A stretch of 27,832 bases of DNA from a virus. Taxonomy: Duplodnaviria > Caudoviricetes. Within the stretch, counting starts at the first letter, position 1. Each line of letters starts with the position of its first letter. The stretch is taken from the IMG/VR virus record IMGVR_UViG_3300022173_000147, positions 1-27,832 of that record; one strand, given 5' to 3'. Below the pieces are notes generated by a model that worked only from the letters and a program-made list of their open reading frames with translations, ran no database searches and was not told the origin of the DNA. The translations under genes were made by a program, and so were the position numbers. Positions 16,509-26,323 of the stretch are shown in pieces.

Positions 16509-17233
16509 TTTACACAGTCACACCAAATCAGTCGGACATCCAGGAAGCGTTGGGATCCTTCATCACGGAGGTTCTTAACGAGACGGATGTCATCGCCGGT
16601 CAGGTCAATCGCACGCCTGAGCCCAACACCGCGAACTTCGTAGTCATGTGGGCGATCAATCGCGTGCGCCTCGAGACCAACGTCGATAGCAGCGAAGATA
16701 CGTTGTTCACCGCTTCGATCAACGCTAATCAGATGACTGTGTCAGCTGTGCAATACGGGACCATCCTACCGGGCCTCATGTTGTTCGGCACAGGTGTCGC
16801 CAATGACACGACTGTGGACTCTCAGCTGTCGGGGTCACCCGGCGGCATTGGCGTTTACACAGTGTCGCCAGTTCAAGTGCTTGCTTCCATGGCAATGGCA
16901 GCGGGCTATATCCAAGCACTGCAACCGACCGAGGTCGTTATGCAAGTGGATGTTCATGGTCCCAACAGCGCGGACAATGTGCAAATCATCTCGACGCTGT
17001 TTCGTGACGCCTACGGAGTGATGAAATTCAATGAGATAAACGCGAACATCACTCCGCTCTTCACTTCCGATCCTCGCCAAGTTCCTTTTATGAATGCGGA
17101 ACAACAACTGGAAACGCGATGGATCATCGAAGCCCACTTGCAGGTCAATCAGCAAGTCCTTGTTCCGCAGCAATTCGCCGACGTGGTCGAGATTGACTTG
17201 ATCAACGTCGATGCTACTTACCCAGAGGTGTGA
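16505..17233 (+). CDS. Tail terminator / neck protein with inserted beta module
   Basis: Immediately upstream of the sheath; GQVNRTPEP, QVDVHGP, TLFRD and EQQLETRW motifs. Confidence 0.7.
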   Translation: MIYTVTPNQSDIQEALGSFITEVLNETDVIAGQVNRTPEPNTANFVVMWAINRVRLETNVDSSEDTLFTASINANQMTVSAVQYGTILPGLMLFGTGVANDTTVDSQLSGSPGGIGVYTVSPVQVLASMAMAAGYIQALQPTEVVMQVDVHGPNSADNVQIISTLFRDAYGVMKFNEINANITPLFTSDPRQVPFMNAEQQLETRWIIEAHLQVNQQVLVPQQFADVVEIDLINVDATYPEV

Positions 17234-17237
17234 AACC

Positions 17238-18956
17238 ATGAGCACTATTCCTGCCAGTGAAATCGTCAATGTTATTCCGGGAGTCCTCGATGCCGGCGGC
17301 GCCGCGCTCGACCTCAACGGACTGATGCTGACTACATCCATTCGTCCTCCCATCGGTTCGGTTCAACAGTTTCCCGACGCCGACTCGGTCAGCGATTACT
17401 TCGGCCCGTCCTCGGACGAAGCCTCGCTCGCCACTATCTACTTCGAGGGCTACAACAACGCGACTGCCTCCCCTGGCAATCTGTTGTTCGCCCAGTACCC
17501 CGAGGCTGCTGTCGCCGCATACCTTCGCAGCGGCAACGTCTCAGGATTGACCCTCGCGCAGCTTCAGGGCATCGCAGGTACGCTTGCTGTCGTAGTCGAC
17601 GGGTATTCCCGGTCGAACGGCGCAGTCGACCTGTCAGGCGCTACAAGCTTCTCATCGGCTGCTGCGGCCATCGAGACGGCGCTCAATACCTCGCCTGCAA
17701 CGATTGCCTCCTTCACCGGTGTCATTGCGACGACTACTCTGACTGTGACCGGTGCTACCGGCTCGCCTCTGGCTGTGGGTCAAACGATTGTCGGCGCCGG
17801 CGTCACTGCGGGCACCAAGATCATCGGCCTCGGCAGCGGCACTGGCGGCAACGGTACCTACATTCTGAACAACTCGCAGACTGTGGGTTCTGAGTCGATG
17901 ACGACGACGGCAACGCCACTCGATGTTTCCTATGACTCCGTATCGGGTGCCTTCGTTGTCACCTCCGGTATCACGGGCACAGCTTCATCCGTTGCGTTCG
18001 CCACTGGCACGATCTCGACCGCACTCAAACTGACCTCAGCCGAAGGCGCTGTCTTGTCACAGGGTGCTGCCGCTGCGTCGCCCGCCGCATTCATGAATGC
18101 AATCGTCGCTCAGACCCAGAACTGGGCCACGTTCATGACGACGTTCGACCCCGACGTGAGCGGCAACACCAATCGTCTTGCTTTCTCGGCCTGGGCGTCG
18201 GCGTCTGGTGATCGTTATGCCTACGTCTGTTCGGATGATGACATCAACGCCACAACCACTGTGCCGGCGACGACGAGCTTGGGCTATCTGATTGCACAGG
18301 CTGACTACTCGGGCACGTTCCTCGTTTACGAGTCCGCCCATGACAAGGCCGCATTTGTGTGTGGCATTGCTGCATCCATCGACTTCGCGGCGACGAACGG
18401 TCGAACAACCTTCGCCTTCCGCTCACAATCGGGACTGACCGCGGACGTCACCGATGCATCGGTCGCGTCGAACCTGATCAGCAATGGCTACAACTTCTAC
18501 GGAGCCTATGCGACGGCGAACCAACAGTTCGTGTTCCTGCAACCGGGTCAGGTGTCGGGACCGTTCAATTGGATGGACAGCTACATCAACGAGATCTGGC
18601 TCAACAGCTCGTTCCAGCTGTCGCTGATGAGTCTTCTGTCGAACATTCCGTCCATCCCCTACAACGCAGCTGGCAATGCGATGATCGAGTCCTCGCTGTC
18701 CGATCCGATCCAGGCGGGTCTCAACTTCGGCGCCATTCGCGCAGGTGTTGCTCCGTCGGCGGATCAAGCGATTGCCGTCAACGCGGCTGCCGGTGTTCGT
18801 ATCTCGGGCGTTCTCGAAACGCGCGGGTGGTATCTTCAGGTGCTCACGCCTTCAGCCTCTGTGCGTCAAGCACGCGGCACGCCTATCTGTAACTTCTGGT
18901 ATATGGATGGTGAGAGCATCCAGAAGATCACCTTGTCTTCCGTCAACCTGCAATAA
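17238..18956 (+). CDS. Contractile tail sheath protein (DUF3383)
   Basis: MSTIPASEIVNVIPGVL, VSDYFG, QNWATF, GYNFYGAY, IPYN..G and WYMDG motifs; ATG 17238 follows GAGGTG. Confidence 0.9.
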   Translation: MSTIPASEIVNVIPGVLDAGGAALDLNGLMLTTSIRPPIGSVQQFPDADSVSDYFGPSSDEASLATIYFEGYNNATASPGNLLFAQYPEAAVAAYLRSGNVSGLTLAQLQGIAGTLAVVVDGYSRSNGAVDLSGATSFSSAAAAIETALNTSPATIASFTGVIATTTLTVTGATGSPLAVGQTIVGAGVTAGTKIIGLGSGTGGNGTYILNNSQTVGSESMTTTATPLDVSYDSVSGAFVVTSGITGTASSVAFATGTISTALKLTSAEGAVLSQGAAAASPAAFMNAIVAQTQNWATFMTTFDPDVSGNTNRLAFSAWASASGDRYAYVCSDDDINATTTVPATTSLGYLIAQADYSGTFLVYESAHDKAAFVCGIAASIDFAATNGRTTFAFRSQSGLTADVTDASVASNLISNGYNFYGAYATANQQFVFLQPGQVSGPFNWMDSYINEIWLNSSFQLSLMSLLSNIPSIPYNAAGNAMIESSLSDPIQAGLNFGAIRAGVAPSADQAIAVNAAAGVRISGVLETRGWYLQVLTPSASVRQARGTPICNFWYMDGESIQKITLSSVNLQ

Positions 18957-18965
18957 GAGGTCTCA

Positions 18966-19400
18966 ATGTCCGGTAATCTCACTGCTGCGAACTGCGTGTT
19001 CCAGCTCTTTATCCCCGACGTTTTCTTTACGCCGCAGCAGCTTCAGGGTTTCTCGGCGGATGACGTCTTCGATGTCGACTCACAAGAAGCTGTCCAGACT
19101 CAGATGGGTGTGGATGGTTTGCTGTCTGCCGGCTTCGTCTATGTCGAAACCAAACAGTCGATCACGTTGCAGGCGGACTCAGCGTCCAATGACGTGTTCG
19201 ACGCCTGGCGTGCTGCCGAGAAGTCTGCGCTCAACGCGTTTCCCGCATCGGCTGTCGTCGTGTTCCCCTCGCTCAATCGCAAGTACGAAATGACGCGCGG
19301 GTTTCTCACTTCCTATCAGCCTCTTGCGAGTGCCGGCAAGATCCTGAAGCCCCGCAAGTTCGGCATCACCTGGAACCGTAGCGATGGAGCGCCCACCTAA
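18966..19400 (+). CDS. Tail tube protein
   Basis: Follows the sheath; LQGFSADD, MGVDG.LSAG and ITLQADS motifs; 144 aa. Confidence 0.8.
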   Translation: MSGNLTAANCVFQLFIPDVFFTPQQLQGFSADDVFDVDSQEAVQTQMGVDGLLSAGFVYVETKQSITLQADSASNDVFDAWRAAEKSALNAFPASAVVVFPSLNRKYEMTRGFLTSYQPLASAGKILKPRKFGITWNRSDGAPT

Positions 19401-19846
19401 TGTCTGGTCGTAAGGAGTCTGACTTCACTGCCTCGTTCGGCCGCGATGCTGGCAAGAGGTATCTAATCACCGAAATGTCGGCGGAAAAGGCGTTCGATTG
19501 GGGTACGAAGGCACTCCTTGCGATGGCCAAATCGGGCGTTGATATTCCCGATGACATTAAACAACGGGGCATGGCGGGTGTCGCCGTTGTTATTGTCAAG
19601 GCGGTAGGCGGTCTCGAGTTCATGGCCGTCAGCTCATTGAAGCGCGAGTTGCTTGACTGTGTGAAGACGTACATCAGTGCGCCTTCCGCACAGACTCACG
19701 CTCGAAACGTCATCGATGGCGATATCGAAGAAGCGGTGACGATCTACCACCTGTGCATTGCTGTGATCGAGCTTCACCTGGGTTTTTCTATCGCCGAAGG
19801 CCTATCAAAGTTGACGAGCCGGACTCCGTCATCGGCGCAAGCTTAG
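19400..19846 (+). CDS. Tail assembly chaperone (gpG-like)
   Basis: Lies between tube and tape measure; GRDAGK.Y.ITEMSA and DIEE..T motifs; slippery site near the 3' end. Confidence 0.75.
   Translation: MSGRKESDFTASFGRDAGKRYLITEMSAEKAFDWGTKALLAMAKSGVDIPDDIKQRGMAGVAVVIVKAVGGLEFMAVSSLKRELLDCVKTYISAPSAQTHARNVIDGDIEEAVTIYHLCIAVIELHLGFSIAEGLSKLTSRTPSSAQA
19780..19786 (+). other. Programmed -1 ribosomal frameshift slippery heptamer GGGTTTT
   Basis: X XXY YYZ in the correct phase (CTG GGT TTT), at the canonical location upstream of the tape measure. Confidence 0.75.
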
Positions 19847-20025
19847 TCCTCTACGCGAACATACCTCAGCCCATAGGCGTTGTTGTTGCTTCTCGTCTTG
19901 CTACACGACACGAACTCAACACCGTCTATGGCACTGAGGACTTGTACGACTTCCTGGAGATCCTTCAGGTCGACTCCCACAACCGACGAGTGATCGAACA
20001 AGCAAATGCCGACAGTACTCGATAG
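19780..20025 (+). CDS. -1 frameshift extension of tail chaperone (gpT-like)
   Basis: The open -1 frame FYRRRP...LATRHELNTVYGTEDLYDFLEI is entered at G GGT TTT and has no convincing own start. Confidence 0.7.
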   Translation, partial: GFFYRRRPIKVDEPDSVIGASLVLYANIPQPIGVVVASRLATRHELNTVYGTEDLYDFLEILQVDSHNRRVIEQANADSTR

Positions 20026-21427
20026 TCTCATCATTGAGATCGGTCTTGACCCAACGAAGTTCACGAAGGGTCAGAAGGAAGCGATCAAGTCGTTCAACGA
20101 GGCAGCCGAGGCCGCGAAGAAAGCGGCAGGCAGCATCGAAGCGTCTTCGTCAAGAAGCGCTGAATTTCTTGGGAAGCTGAATACGCAACTCATGGCATTC
20201 GGCGCGTTGGTCGCCGGAAGCAAAATAACTGGTGACATACTTCAGTTTGCCGCAAACGTTACCAAGCAAGACGCTGCAACAGGTCGTCTTGCTTACACAC
20301 TCGAGACTGGTGTTCATGGTCTCGACAAGTGGCGTAATGCGGCGTATCTCGCAGGCGGCACATCTGAAGGTGTTACGGGGTTCATTCAAAATCTGACCAG
20401 TGAGTTCTCAAAGTTTGAGATCCATGGCCAATCCGAACTCGTTCCGTACTTCAAAGGTCTCGGTGTTGAGATCAGTGGTGCAGATAAAAAAATGCGGCCA
20501 TTTGCCGACATCATGCGAGATGTGTCTAACGCCGTCAAGAAATTGGGCCCTGCGCAGGGGGCTGAGTGGCTTCGATCTATCGGCGCAGATCCTGGCTCAA
20601 TCGCCTTGCTCATCAAGGGCGGTGACGAACTCGACCGTTACCTGAAGGCGGCTGAACAATTCTCGACAGTCACGCCTCAGAACGTCGAGAACGCCACTAA
20701 GCTTGACTACGCCTATCGTAGACTTACGTTGGCCTTGACGGGATTGGGTCGCGCGGCCGTCGAACTTTTGTCCACTCCGCTCATCGACATGTTCGATAGA
20801 ACGACGCGTACGGCGCAAGAATTCAGTCGCGGAGAGTTCATTTCGAAAGACAGCCTTCTCGGCAGTTATCTGTATGGGACGAAGTTTCGTGGGTTCGGTA
20901 CGCCCGACGCAAATAGTCCTGGCGGCGGTAGCGGCGCGTTCAAGTCACAAGGCGAGAAGGAAGCGTTCATTCGCGCCGAGGCGATCAAGCGCGGGATCAG
21001 CCCGGACATTGCCATGGGTGTGGCGAAGAGCGAAGGCTTCAGCGACTATGTCGGCGATAAGGGTACGTCCTTCGGGGCGTTCCAACTGCATTACAAAAAC
21101 AACATCCCGGGCCTCAGCAACGGCGGTCTAGGCGACACATTCACTAAGCAGACGGGCAAGCATGCCTCAGACCCTTCAACCGAACGTGAGCAAATCCAGT
21201 TCGCACTCGACGAAGCCAAGAAATCAGGCTGGGGTGCATGGCATGGCTGGAAGGGCTCGCAGTGGGCGGGTATCGATAAGGGCGGCGGTGGTTCGAATTC
21301 GAATACCACTATCGGTCAGATCACTATCAACACGCAGGCTACTGATGCACAGGGCATCGCTGGGACGATCAAGCCGGCGATTGAGCGCTCGTCGCAGACC
21401 TATCAAGGTCAAGGAGGCGTGCAATGA
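20006..21427 (+). CDS. Tape measure protein with C-terminal lysozyme/transglycosylase-like domain
   Basis: N-terminus LDSLIIEIGLD and a helical Ala-rich body. The C-terminal region has AIKRGISPDIAMGVAKSEG...SFGAFQL...GWGAW, and the end reads IGQITINTQATDA. Confidence 0.8.
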   Translation: MPTVLDSLIIEIGLDPTKFTKGQKEAIKSFNEAAEAAKKAAGSIEASSSRSAEFLGKLNTQLMAFGALVAGSKITGDILQFAANVTKQDAATGRLAYTLETGVHGLDKWRNAAYLAGGTSEGVTGFIQNLTSEFSKFEIHGQSELVPYFKGLGVEISGADKKMRPFADIMRDVSNAVKKLGPAQGAEWLRSIGADPGSIALLIKGGDELDRYLKAAEQFSTVTPQNVENATKLDYAYRRLTLALTGLGRAAVELLSTPLIDMFDRTTRTAQEFSRGEFISKDSLLGSYLYGTKFRGFGTPDANSPGGGSGAFKSQGEKEAFIRAEAIKRGISPDIAMGVAKSEGFSDYVGDKGTSFGAFQLHYKNNIPGLSNGGLGDTFTKQTGKHASDPSTEREQIQFALDEAKKSGWGAWHGWKGSQWAGIDKGGGGSNSNTTIGQITINTQATDAQGIAGTIKPAIERSSQTYQGQGGVQ

Positions 21428-22041
21428 TCCCCGGCGTTCCCTCACTACCCATTAGCGTCACTCTGTTTGAGTCCATCCCGTTCTTGGTGTCAGATATCCT
21501 CAACTTTCTGACGGGCTTCGGCGCCGCACCCTGGGGCATTTATCAGGATGGTGTCCCCGTCGTCGAAGCCGACAACGTGGTGTCTGTGGACTACAAGCAG
21601 GATTGGTCAATCGCCGACTTTCAGATTGAGCAAGGCGGGTTCGCGACCTACGACAAAGTCGACACGCCATTCTCGTCGCGCGTTCGCTTCTCCTCAGGCG
21701 GCTCACAGGCCAATCGTCAGGCGTTGCTCGACAGCATCGCAGCAATCGCCGGCACTCTCGAGCTGTACGATGTCGTCACGCCTGAGCAGGTCTATCCAAG
21801 TGTCAATATCCAGGGCTATGACCTTCGACGTTCCGCTTCGAACGGCGTAGGCCTGATCACCATCGACGTTAAGCTGATTGAGGTACGCGTCACCGCGACT
21901 GCTGAATTTGCCAACACGAAGTCGCCTACCGCAGCCAGTCCGTCGAACAACGGCACTGTGCAAGGCATCAATCCCGAAACCGCGACGGGTAACAGCGGTT
22001 CACTGAAACGCATCGTCATTGATGGGAGCACCATTCGCTAA
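21424..22041 (+). CDS. Baseplate tube-initiator / Dit-like protein
   Basis: WGIY, IEQGGFATYDKV..P and YDVVTPE motifs; position after the tape measure. Confidence 0.7.
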   Translation: MIPGVPSLPISVTLFESIPFLVSDILNFLTGFGAAPWGIYQDGVPVVEADNVVSVDYKQDWSIADFQIEQGGFATYDKVDTPFSSRVRFSSGGSQANRQALLDSIAAIAGTLELYDVVTPEQVYPSVNIQGYDLRRSASNGVGLITIDVKLIEVRVTATAEFANTKSPTAASPSNNGTVQGINPETATGNSGSLKRIVIDGSTIR

Positions 22042-22352
22042 TGGCCCTAGTTGTCCCCATTCGGCCTGTGCCCAATCAGACGTTGACTGTGCAGCTCGCC
22101 AATCAGAACTGTCAGCTCAACGTACGGCAATCGCTCTATGGACTGTTCATGGACGTCTATGTCAATGACACCCTGATCATTGGCGGCGTTCTTTGCGAGA
22201 ACCTCAATCGCATCGTGAGGAACGCCTACCTCGGCTTCATCGGTGACTTCGTTTTCTACGACATCACCCAATTTGACGCGGATCCTGAATACGTCAATCT
22301 CGGTACACGTTACTTCCTCGTGTATCTCGAAGAAAGTGAGTTGCCGTCGTGA
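22041..22352 (+). CDS. Baseplate plug-like protein
   Basis: VPNQ...L..Q, YLGFIGD..F.D and DP.Y..LG.RY.LVY motifs. Confidence 0.65.
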   Translation: MALVVPIRPVPNQTLTVQLANQNCQLNVRQSLYGLFMDVYVNDTLIIGGVLCENLNRIVRNAYLGFIGDFVFYDITQFDADPEYVNLGTRYFLVYLEESELPS

Positions 22353-23218
22353 GTTTTGCCAAGCGCCGCATCGATCTGACATTTGCACTCGGTGAAGGAG
22401 ACTTCGGCGAAGGGGGCAACAACTCAGTCAAGCTGTCCGGTCTGCGTGTTCTGTCGCAAATCATCAAGGCGGGTGGTCCTTCGATGGGGACTGCACAACT
22501 ACAGGTCTACGGCATGGACCTCGACAAGATGAATAAGTTCTCGACGCTTGGTCAACGTCCGACGACGCAGCGTAAGAACACGATCACGGTCGAGGCCGGT
22601 GAAGAAGGCGCGATGGCAACTGTGTTCATCGGGAATATCACCAACGCCTGGTTCGATGGTGCCGGCGCGCCCAACGTTCCTTTCCAGGTGCTCGCGCACG
22701 TAGGCGGCTTCGATGCTGTCAATTCGATTGCACCGACGTCTTACAAAGGCACCGTTGATGTCGCCACCATCTTGTCGGGTCTCGCCAATAAGATGGGCAA
22801 GCCATTCGAGAACAACGGCGTGAACACTCAGCTGACCAACGTCTACTACACTGGCTCTGCGCGCGATCAAGCGCTCAAGGCTGTGCAGGAGGCGGGCATT
22901 CAGTGGAACGGACTCGACGACAACAAACTGGCGATCTGGCCGTCCGGTCAATCGCGTGGCGGATCAATCCCGGTCGTGTCGAAGAACACGGGCATGGAGG
23001 GCTACCCGACATTCACTTCGCAAGGCATTCAGGTGTCGTCGCTGTTCAATCGATCCATCAGCTTCGGCAGTAAAATCAAAGTCGAGAGCATCATCGAGGG
23101 CGCGAACGGCGAATGGGTCGTCTATGCGCTGAACTACAGTCTTGACGCTCAGATGCCGCGCGGTAAGTGGCACATGCACATGTCTGCGGCACGTCCCGGC
23201 TTCGCGGTGGTAGCATGA
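22349..23218 (+). CDS. Baseplate hub protein
   Basis: 289 aa; VYGM, VEAG...VFIGNI, FENNGV and TGMEGYP motifs; synteny. Confidence 0.75.
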   Translation: MSFAKRRIDLTFALGEGDFGEGGNNSVKLSGLRVLSQIIKAGGPSMGTAQLQVYGMDLDKMNKFSTLGQRPTTQRKNTITVEAGEEGAMATVFIGNITNAWFDGAGAPNVPFQVLAHVGGFDAVNSIAPTSYKGTVDVATILSGLANKMGKPFENNGVNTQLTNVYYTGSARDQALKAVQEAGIQWNGLDDNKLAIWPSGQSRGGSIPVVSKNTGMEGYPTFTSQGIQVSSLFNRSISFGSKIKVESIIEGANGEWVVYALNYSLDAQMPRGKWHMHMSAARPGFAVVA

Positions 23219-23889
23219 GCACCGAAACAGACGGCTCAGGTAAGGTTGGTCAACAAGGACTCAACTCGGATACGAGTGGGTTCAACATGATGGACTTCTT
23301 CATCCAGCAGGCGCTGGGTAAAGTCGGCACAGTTAAGTTGGTCAAGGTCATGGGAGTAGAGAATGCAGGAGAGCTCGCAGCAGTCGGCTTCGTCGATGTC
23401 AAAATCATGGTCAACTTGGTTGACGGCCTACTCGGCTCGGCCATGTCTCATGACACAGTATTCCAGCTCCCCTACTTTCGGCTTCAAGGCGGTCTCAACG
23501 CAATCATCATGGACCCCGTCGTGGGAGACATTGGCTTCGCGGTGATCTGTGATCGAGATATTAGCGCAGTCAAGAACACAAAGGACTATGCGCCGCCAGG
23601 ATCCTTTCGACGTTTCAGCGTTTCCGACGGTCTCTACGTCGGTGGTGTGTTGAATGAGACGCCTAATCAGTACATCACCTTCACTTCAGATGGCATCAAA
23701 ATCGCTGACAAGAACAGCAACGTCTGGGAAATGAAATCGGGCAAGATCGAGTTGACCACGACTGAGTTCAAGGTCAATGGGAGTATCAAAGCAACAGGAG
23801 AGGTCGTGGCCAAATCAGATACGACGAACATCCATCTCACCACCCACGTTCACACCGCCAACAACACACCGCCGACGGCTGGCTCATGA
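23215..23889 (+). CDS. Baseplate spike (gpV/Gp138-like)
   Basis: LPYFRLQGG, DPVVGDIG...CDRDIS and SDGLY motifs; C-terminal HxH (THVH); ATGA overlap at 23215. Confidence 0.85.
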   Translation: MSTETDGSGKVGQQGLNSDTSGFNMMDFFIQQALGKVGTVKLVKVMGVENAGELAAVGFVDVKIMVNLVDGLLGSAMSHDTVFQLPYFRLQGGLNAIIMDPVVGDIGFAVICDRDISAVKNTKDYAPPGSFRRFSVSDGLYVGGVLNETPNQYITFTSDGIKIADKNSNVWEMKSGKIELTTTEFKVNGSIKATGEVVAKSDTTNIHLTTHVHTANNTPPTAGS

Positions 23890-24254
23890 GTTCGCTCCTC
23901 CTCGACGCTGCCGAATGGGACCTCGTCGCTGACGCGTCGGGTAACATTGCTGTGGCAGACAACCCGTACGCACTCGCGCAAGAAGTGGCGAATGCCATTC
24001 GCACGTTCTTAGGCGAAGTGTGGTTCAACACATCACTCGGTCTCGACTACTTCGGTCTTGTACTCGGCAAGACGCCTTCATTGGCGCTGCTCAAGACTGC
24101 CCTAGTCGCCGCCGCTCTGAGCATCGAAGGCGTAGCATCCGCAAGGTGCTTCATTGCGTCCTTTAGAAATCGTGTCCTGGATGGCCAGGTTCAAATAGTC
24201 ACAACTACTGGCGTCACCGTCGTAGTCCCCTTCTCTCAAGTGGTGATCCAATGA
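23886..24254 (+). CDS. Baseplate wedge / sheath initiator (gp25-like)
   Basis: WDL..DASGNIA, AQEVA.AIRTFLGEVWF and GV.S motifs. Confidence 0.75.
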   Translation: MSSLLLDAAEWDLVADASGNIAVADNPYALAQEVANAIRTFLGEVWFNTSLGLDYFGLVLGKTPSLALLKTALVAAALSIEGVASARCFIASFRNRVLDGQVQIVTTTGVTVVVPFSQVVIQ

Positions 24255-25660
24255 CAAACGTACCGGCACCGACTTTCGGGGCAACCGGCTTCCTCGTCCC
24301 GACGGATGAAGAAATTTTGGCCGGCGTCCTCGCTGATATCAATGCGGCGTTCGGCGGCACGCTCAGCACTGACCTACGCACGCCTCAAGGACAGCTGGCG
24401 ACTTCGATTGCCGCGTTGGTGTCGAACGCTGACGCGATGTTCCAGCTTTACACGCAGCTCGTTGACCCCGCCTACTCCTATGGACGAATGCAAGACGCTA
24501 TCGCGCGCATCTATTTCTTGCAACGTCGAGGATCACAGGCAACGGTCGTTCAATGCGAATGCGTAGGCGCTGAGAACACTGTGATCCCAATCGGTGCAAC
24601 GGCCAAGGCTGTGGATGGCAACATCTACACCTGTACCGAAGCCGGGGTTATCCCCATCTCGGGCACCATCACGCTGTCTTTCACTTGCAACGTTCTTGGT
24701 CCCGTCCCGTGCCCGGCCGACTCGCTCAATCAGATCTACCAATCGATCCCGGGCTGGGACAGCATCAACAACTCGACCGATGGTGTGATTGGCTCAGACA
24801 CCGAAAGCGCCCGTGCATTCGAGACACGTCGCGCAGAGTCCGTTGCTGTCAACTCGATTGGGTCACTCAGCTCGGTACTTGGCGCCGTCCTGTCAGTCGA
24901 CGGTGTTCTCGACGCCTACGCAGCTGAAAACCCCTTGGGCACTACCGCTATCATCGGCGGATACACCCTCGCGGCGCATTCATTGTACGTTGCAGTGGTG
25001 GGTGGCGATACTCAGGAGGTTGCTGAGGCGATCTGGTCGAAGAAGGCCCCCGGCTGTGCGTACAACGGCAATACCACGATCACTGTCACTGACGAGAACC
25101 CGGCGTACAACCCGCCCTACCCGACATATGACGTGAAATTCCAGATCCCGACATCCACACCAATTCTGTTCGCAGTGGACATCGCCAATACCCCTCAGGT
25201 GCCCGCGGATGCGACAGCTCAGATACAGGCTGCGATCATTGCAGCCTTCTCAGGTGGTGATGAAGGCGAACGTGCGCGCATCGGCGAGACAGTCTACGCC
25301 AGTCGATACTACGCGCCTATTATCGCGCTTGGTCCCTGGGTTCAGATCAAATCAGTCAACGTCGGTTCGATCAATTCGCCCATCGCTACGTTCACGGGCG
25401 TCATCGCGGGTACTGCGTTGACCGTGTCAGGCGTGTCGGGAACCATCGCTATTGGTCAAACGGTCGTCGATGCACTCGGCAACGTCGCGCCGGGTACTAC
25501 GATTGTGTCGGGCGCGGGTGCTAACTGGGTCGTCAGCGTCTCACAGGCTGTGGGATCACAGGCTATGAAGACAGCGAAGGCGACAGCCGACACAACGGCA
25601 GTCAACATCGATCAGGCGCCAACGATCAATGCGCTTAACATCTTGGTGACAGCAACATGA
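24251..25660 (+). CDS. Baseplate J/gp47-like wedge protein with inserted beta module
   Basis: TPQGQLA, GRMQDAIARIYF, HSLYVAVVGG and IWSKKAPGC motifs. Confidence 0.88.
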   Translation: MTNVPAPTFGATGFLVPTDEEILAGVLADINAAFGGTLSTDLRTPQGQLATSIAALVSNADAMFQLYTQLVDPAYSYGRMQDAIARIYFLQRRGSQATVVQCECVGAENTVIPIGATAKAVDGNIYTCTEAGVIPISGTITLSFTCNVLGPVPCPADSLNQIYQSIPGWDSINNSTDGVIGSDTESARAFETRRAESVAVNSIGSLSSVLGAVLSVDGVLDAYAAENPLGTTAIIGGYTLAAHSLYVAVVGGDTQEVAEAIWSKKAPGCAYNGNTTITVTDENPAYNPPYPTYDVKFQIPTSTPILFAVDIANTPQVPADATAQIQAAIIAAFSGGDEGERARIGETVYASRYYAPIIALGPWVQIKSVNVGSINSPIATFTGVIAGTALTVSGVSGTIAIGQTVVDALGNVAPGTTIVSGAGANWVVSVSQAVGSQAMKTAKATADTTAVNIDQAPTINALNILVTAT

Positions 25661-26313
25661 GCGGTCCTGACATCAATCGTCCAAGGTACGGGTCGAATGC
25701 TATCGGCTCATTCGTCATTGGCATCAGTCCGATTGGCGATATTCAGCCGTTTGACTTCTGGGACACTGTTATCAGTCAGTTCGCGAATTCTACGCGCTTG
25801 ATCCAGCTGATCCAGAACTTCGACTCCTACGTTAATCAGACGGTCAACATGACCGCCTTCTTTGATATGATCTGGAACGTCGATACAGCGCAAGGATATG
25901 GCCTCGACGTCTGGGGTCGCATCGTCGGAGTCACGCGAACACTACATATCACCTTCGATGCTGAGTATCTTGGTTTCAAGGAAGCGTTGCCCGGGTCAAA
26001 TCCATTCGGTCAAGCCCCTTTCTGGGCGGGTGATCCGTTGACGAGCAACTTTAACTTGTCGGATGACGCCTTTCGCGTTCTTATCTTTGCGAAGGCCCTT
26101 GCCAATATCTCGGACGGATCAATACCGAGCATCAATCAACTGTTGATCAATCTTTTCCCGCATCGTGGGAACGCCTACGTCACTGATGGCGGAGATATGT
26201 CAATGACATACACTTTCGCCTTTGCACTAACACCCGTCGAGCTCGCTATCTTAGGTCAGTCAGGAATTCTGCCTAAGCCTGTGGGAGTTTCGGCCTCCAT
26301 CATTCAGGTCTGA
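25657..26313 (+). CDS. Baseplate wedge protein (DUF2612)
   Basis: ISQFANS, WNVDTAQGYGLDVWGRIVG, LSDDAFR and LPKPVGV motifs. Confidence 0.85.
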   Translation: MSGPDINRPRYGSNAIGSFVIGISPIGDIQPFDFWDTVISQFANSTRLIQLIQNFDSYVNQTVNMTAFFDMIWNVDTAQGYGLDVWGRIVGVTRTLHITFDAEYLGFKEALPGSNPFGQAPFWAGDPLTSNFNLSDDAFRVLIFAKALANISDGSIPSINQLLINLFPHRGNAYVTDGGDMSMTYTFAFALTPVELAILGQSGILPKPVGVSASIIQV

Positions 26314-26323
26314 GGTAACTCAC

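Noticed and set aside
4374-23215. Upstream starts given in the ORF track (4374, 11265, 11762, 12778, 17211, 23167)
   Set aside because: They overlap upstream genes. Downstream starts with an RBS or stop/start coupling (4419, 11358, 11777, 13123, 17238, 23215) fit better.
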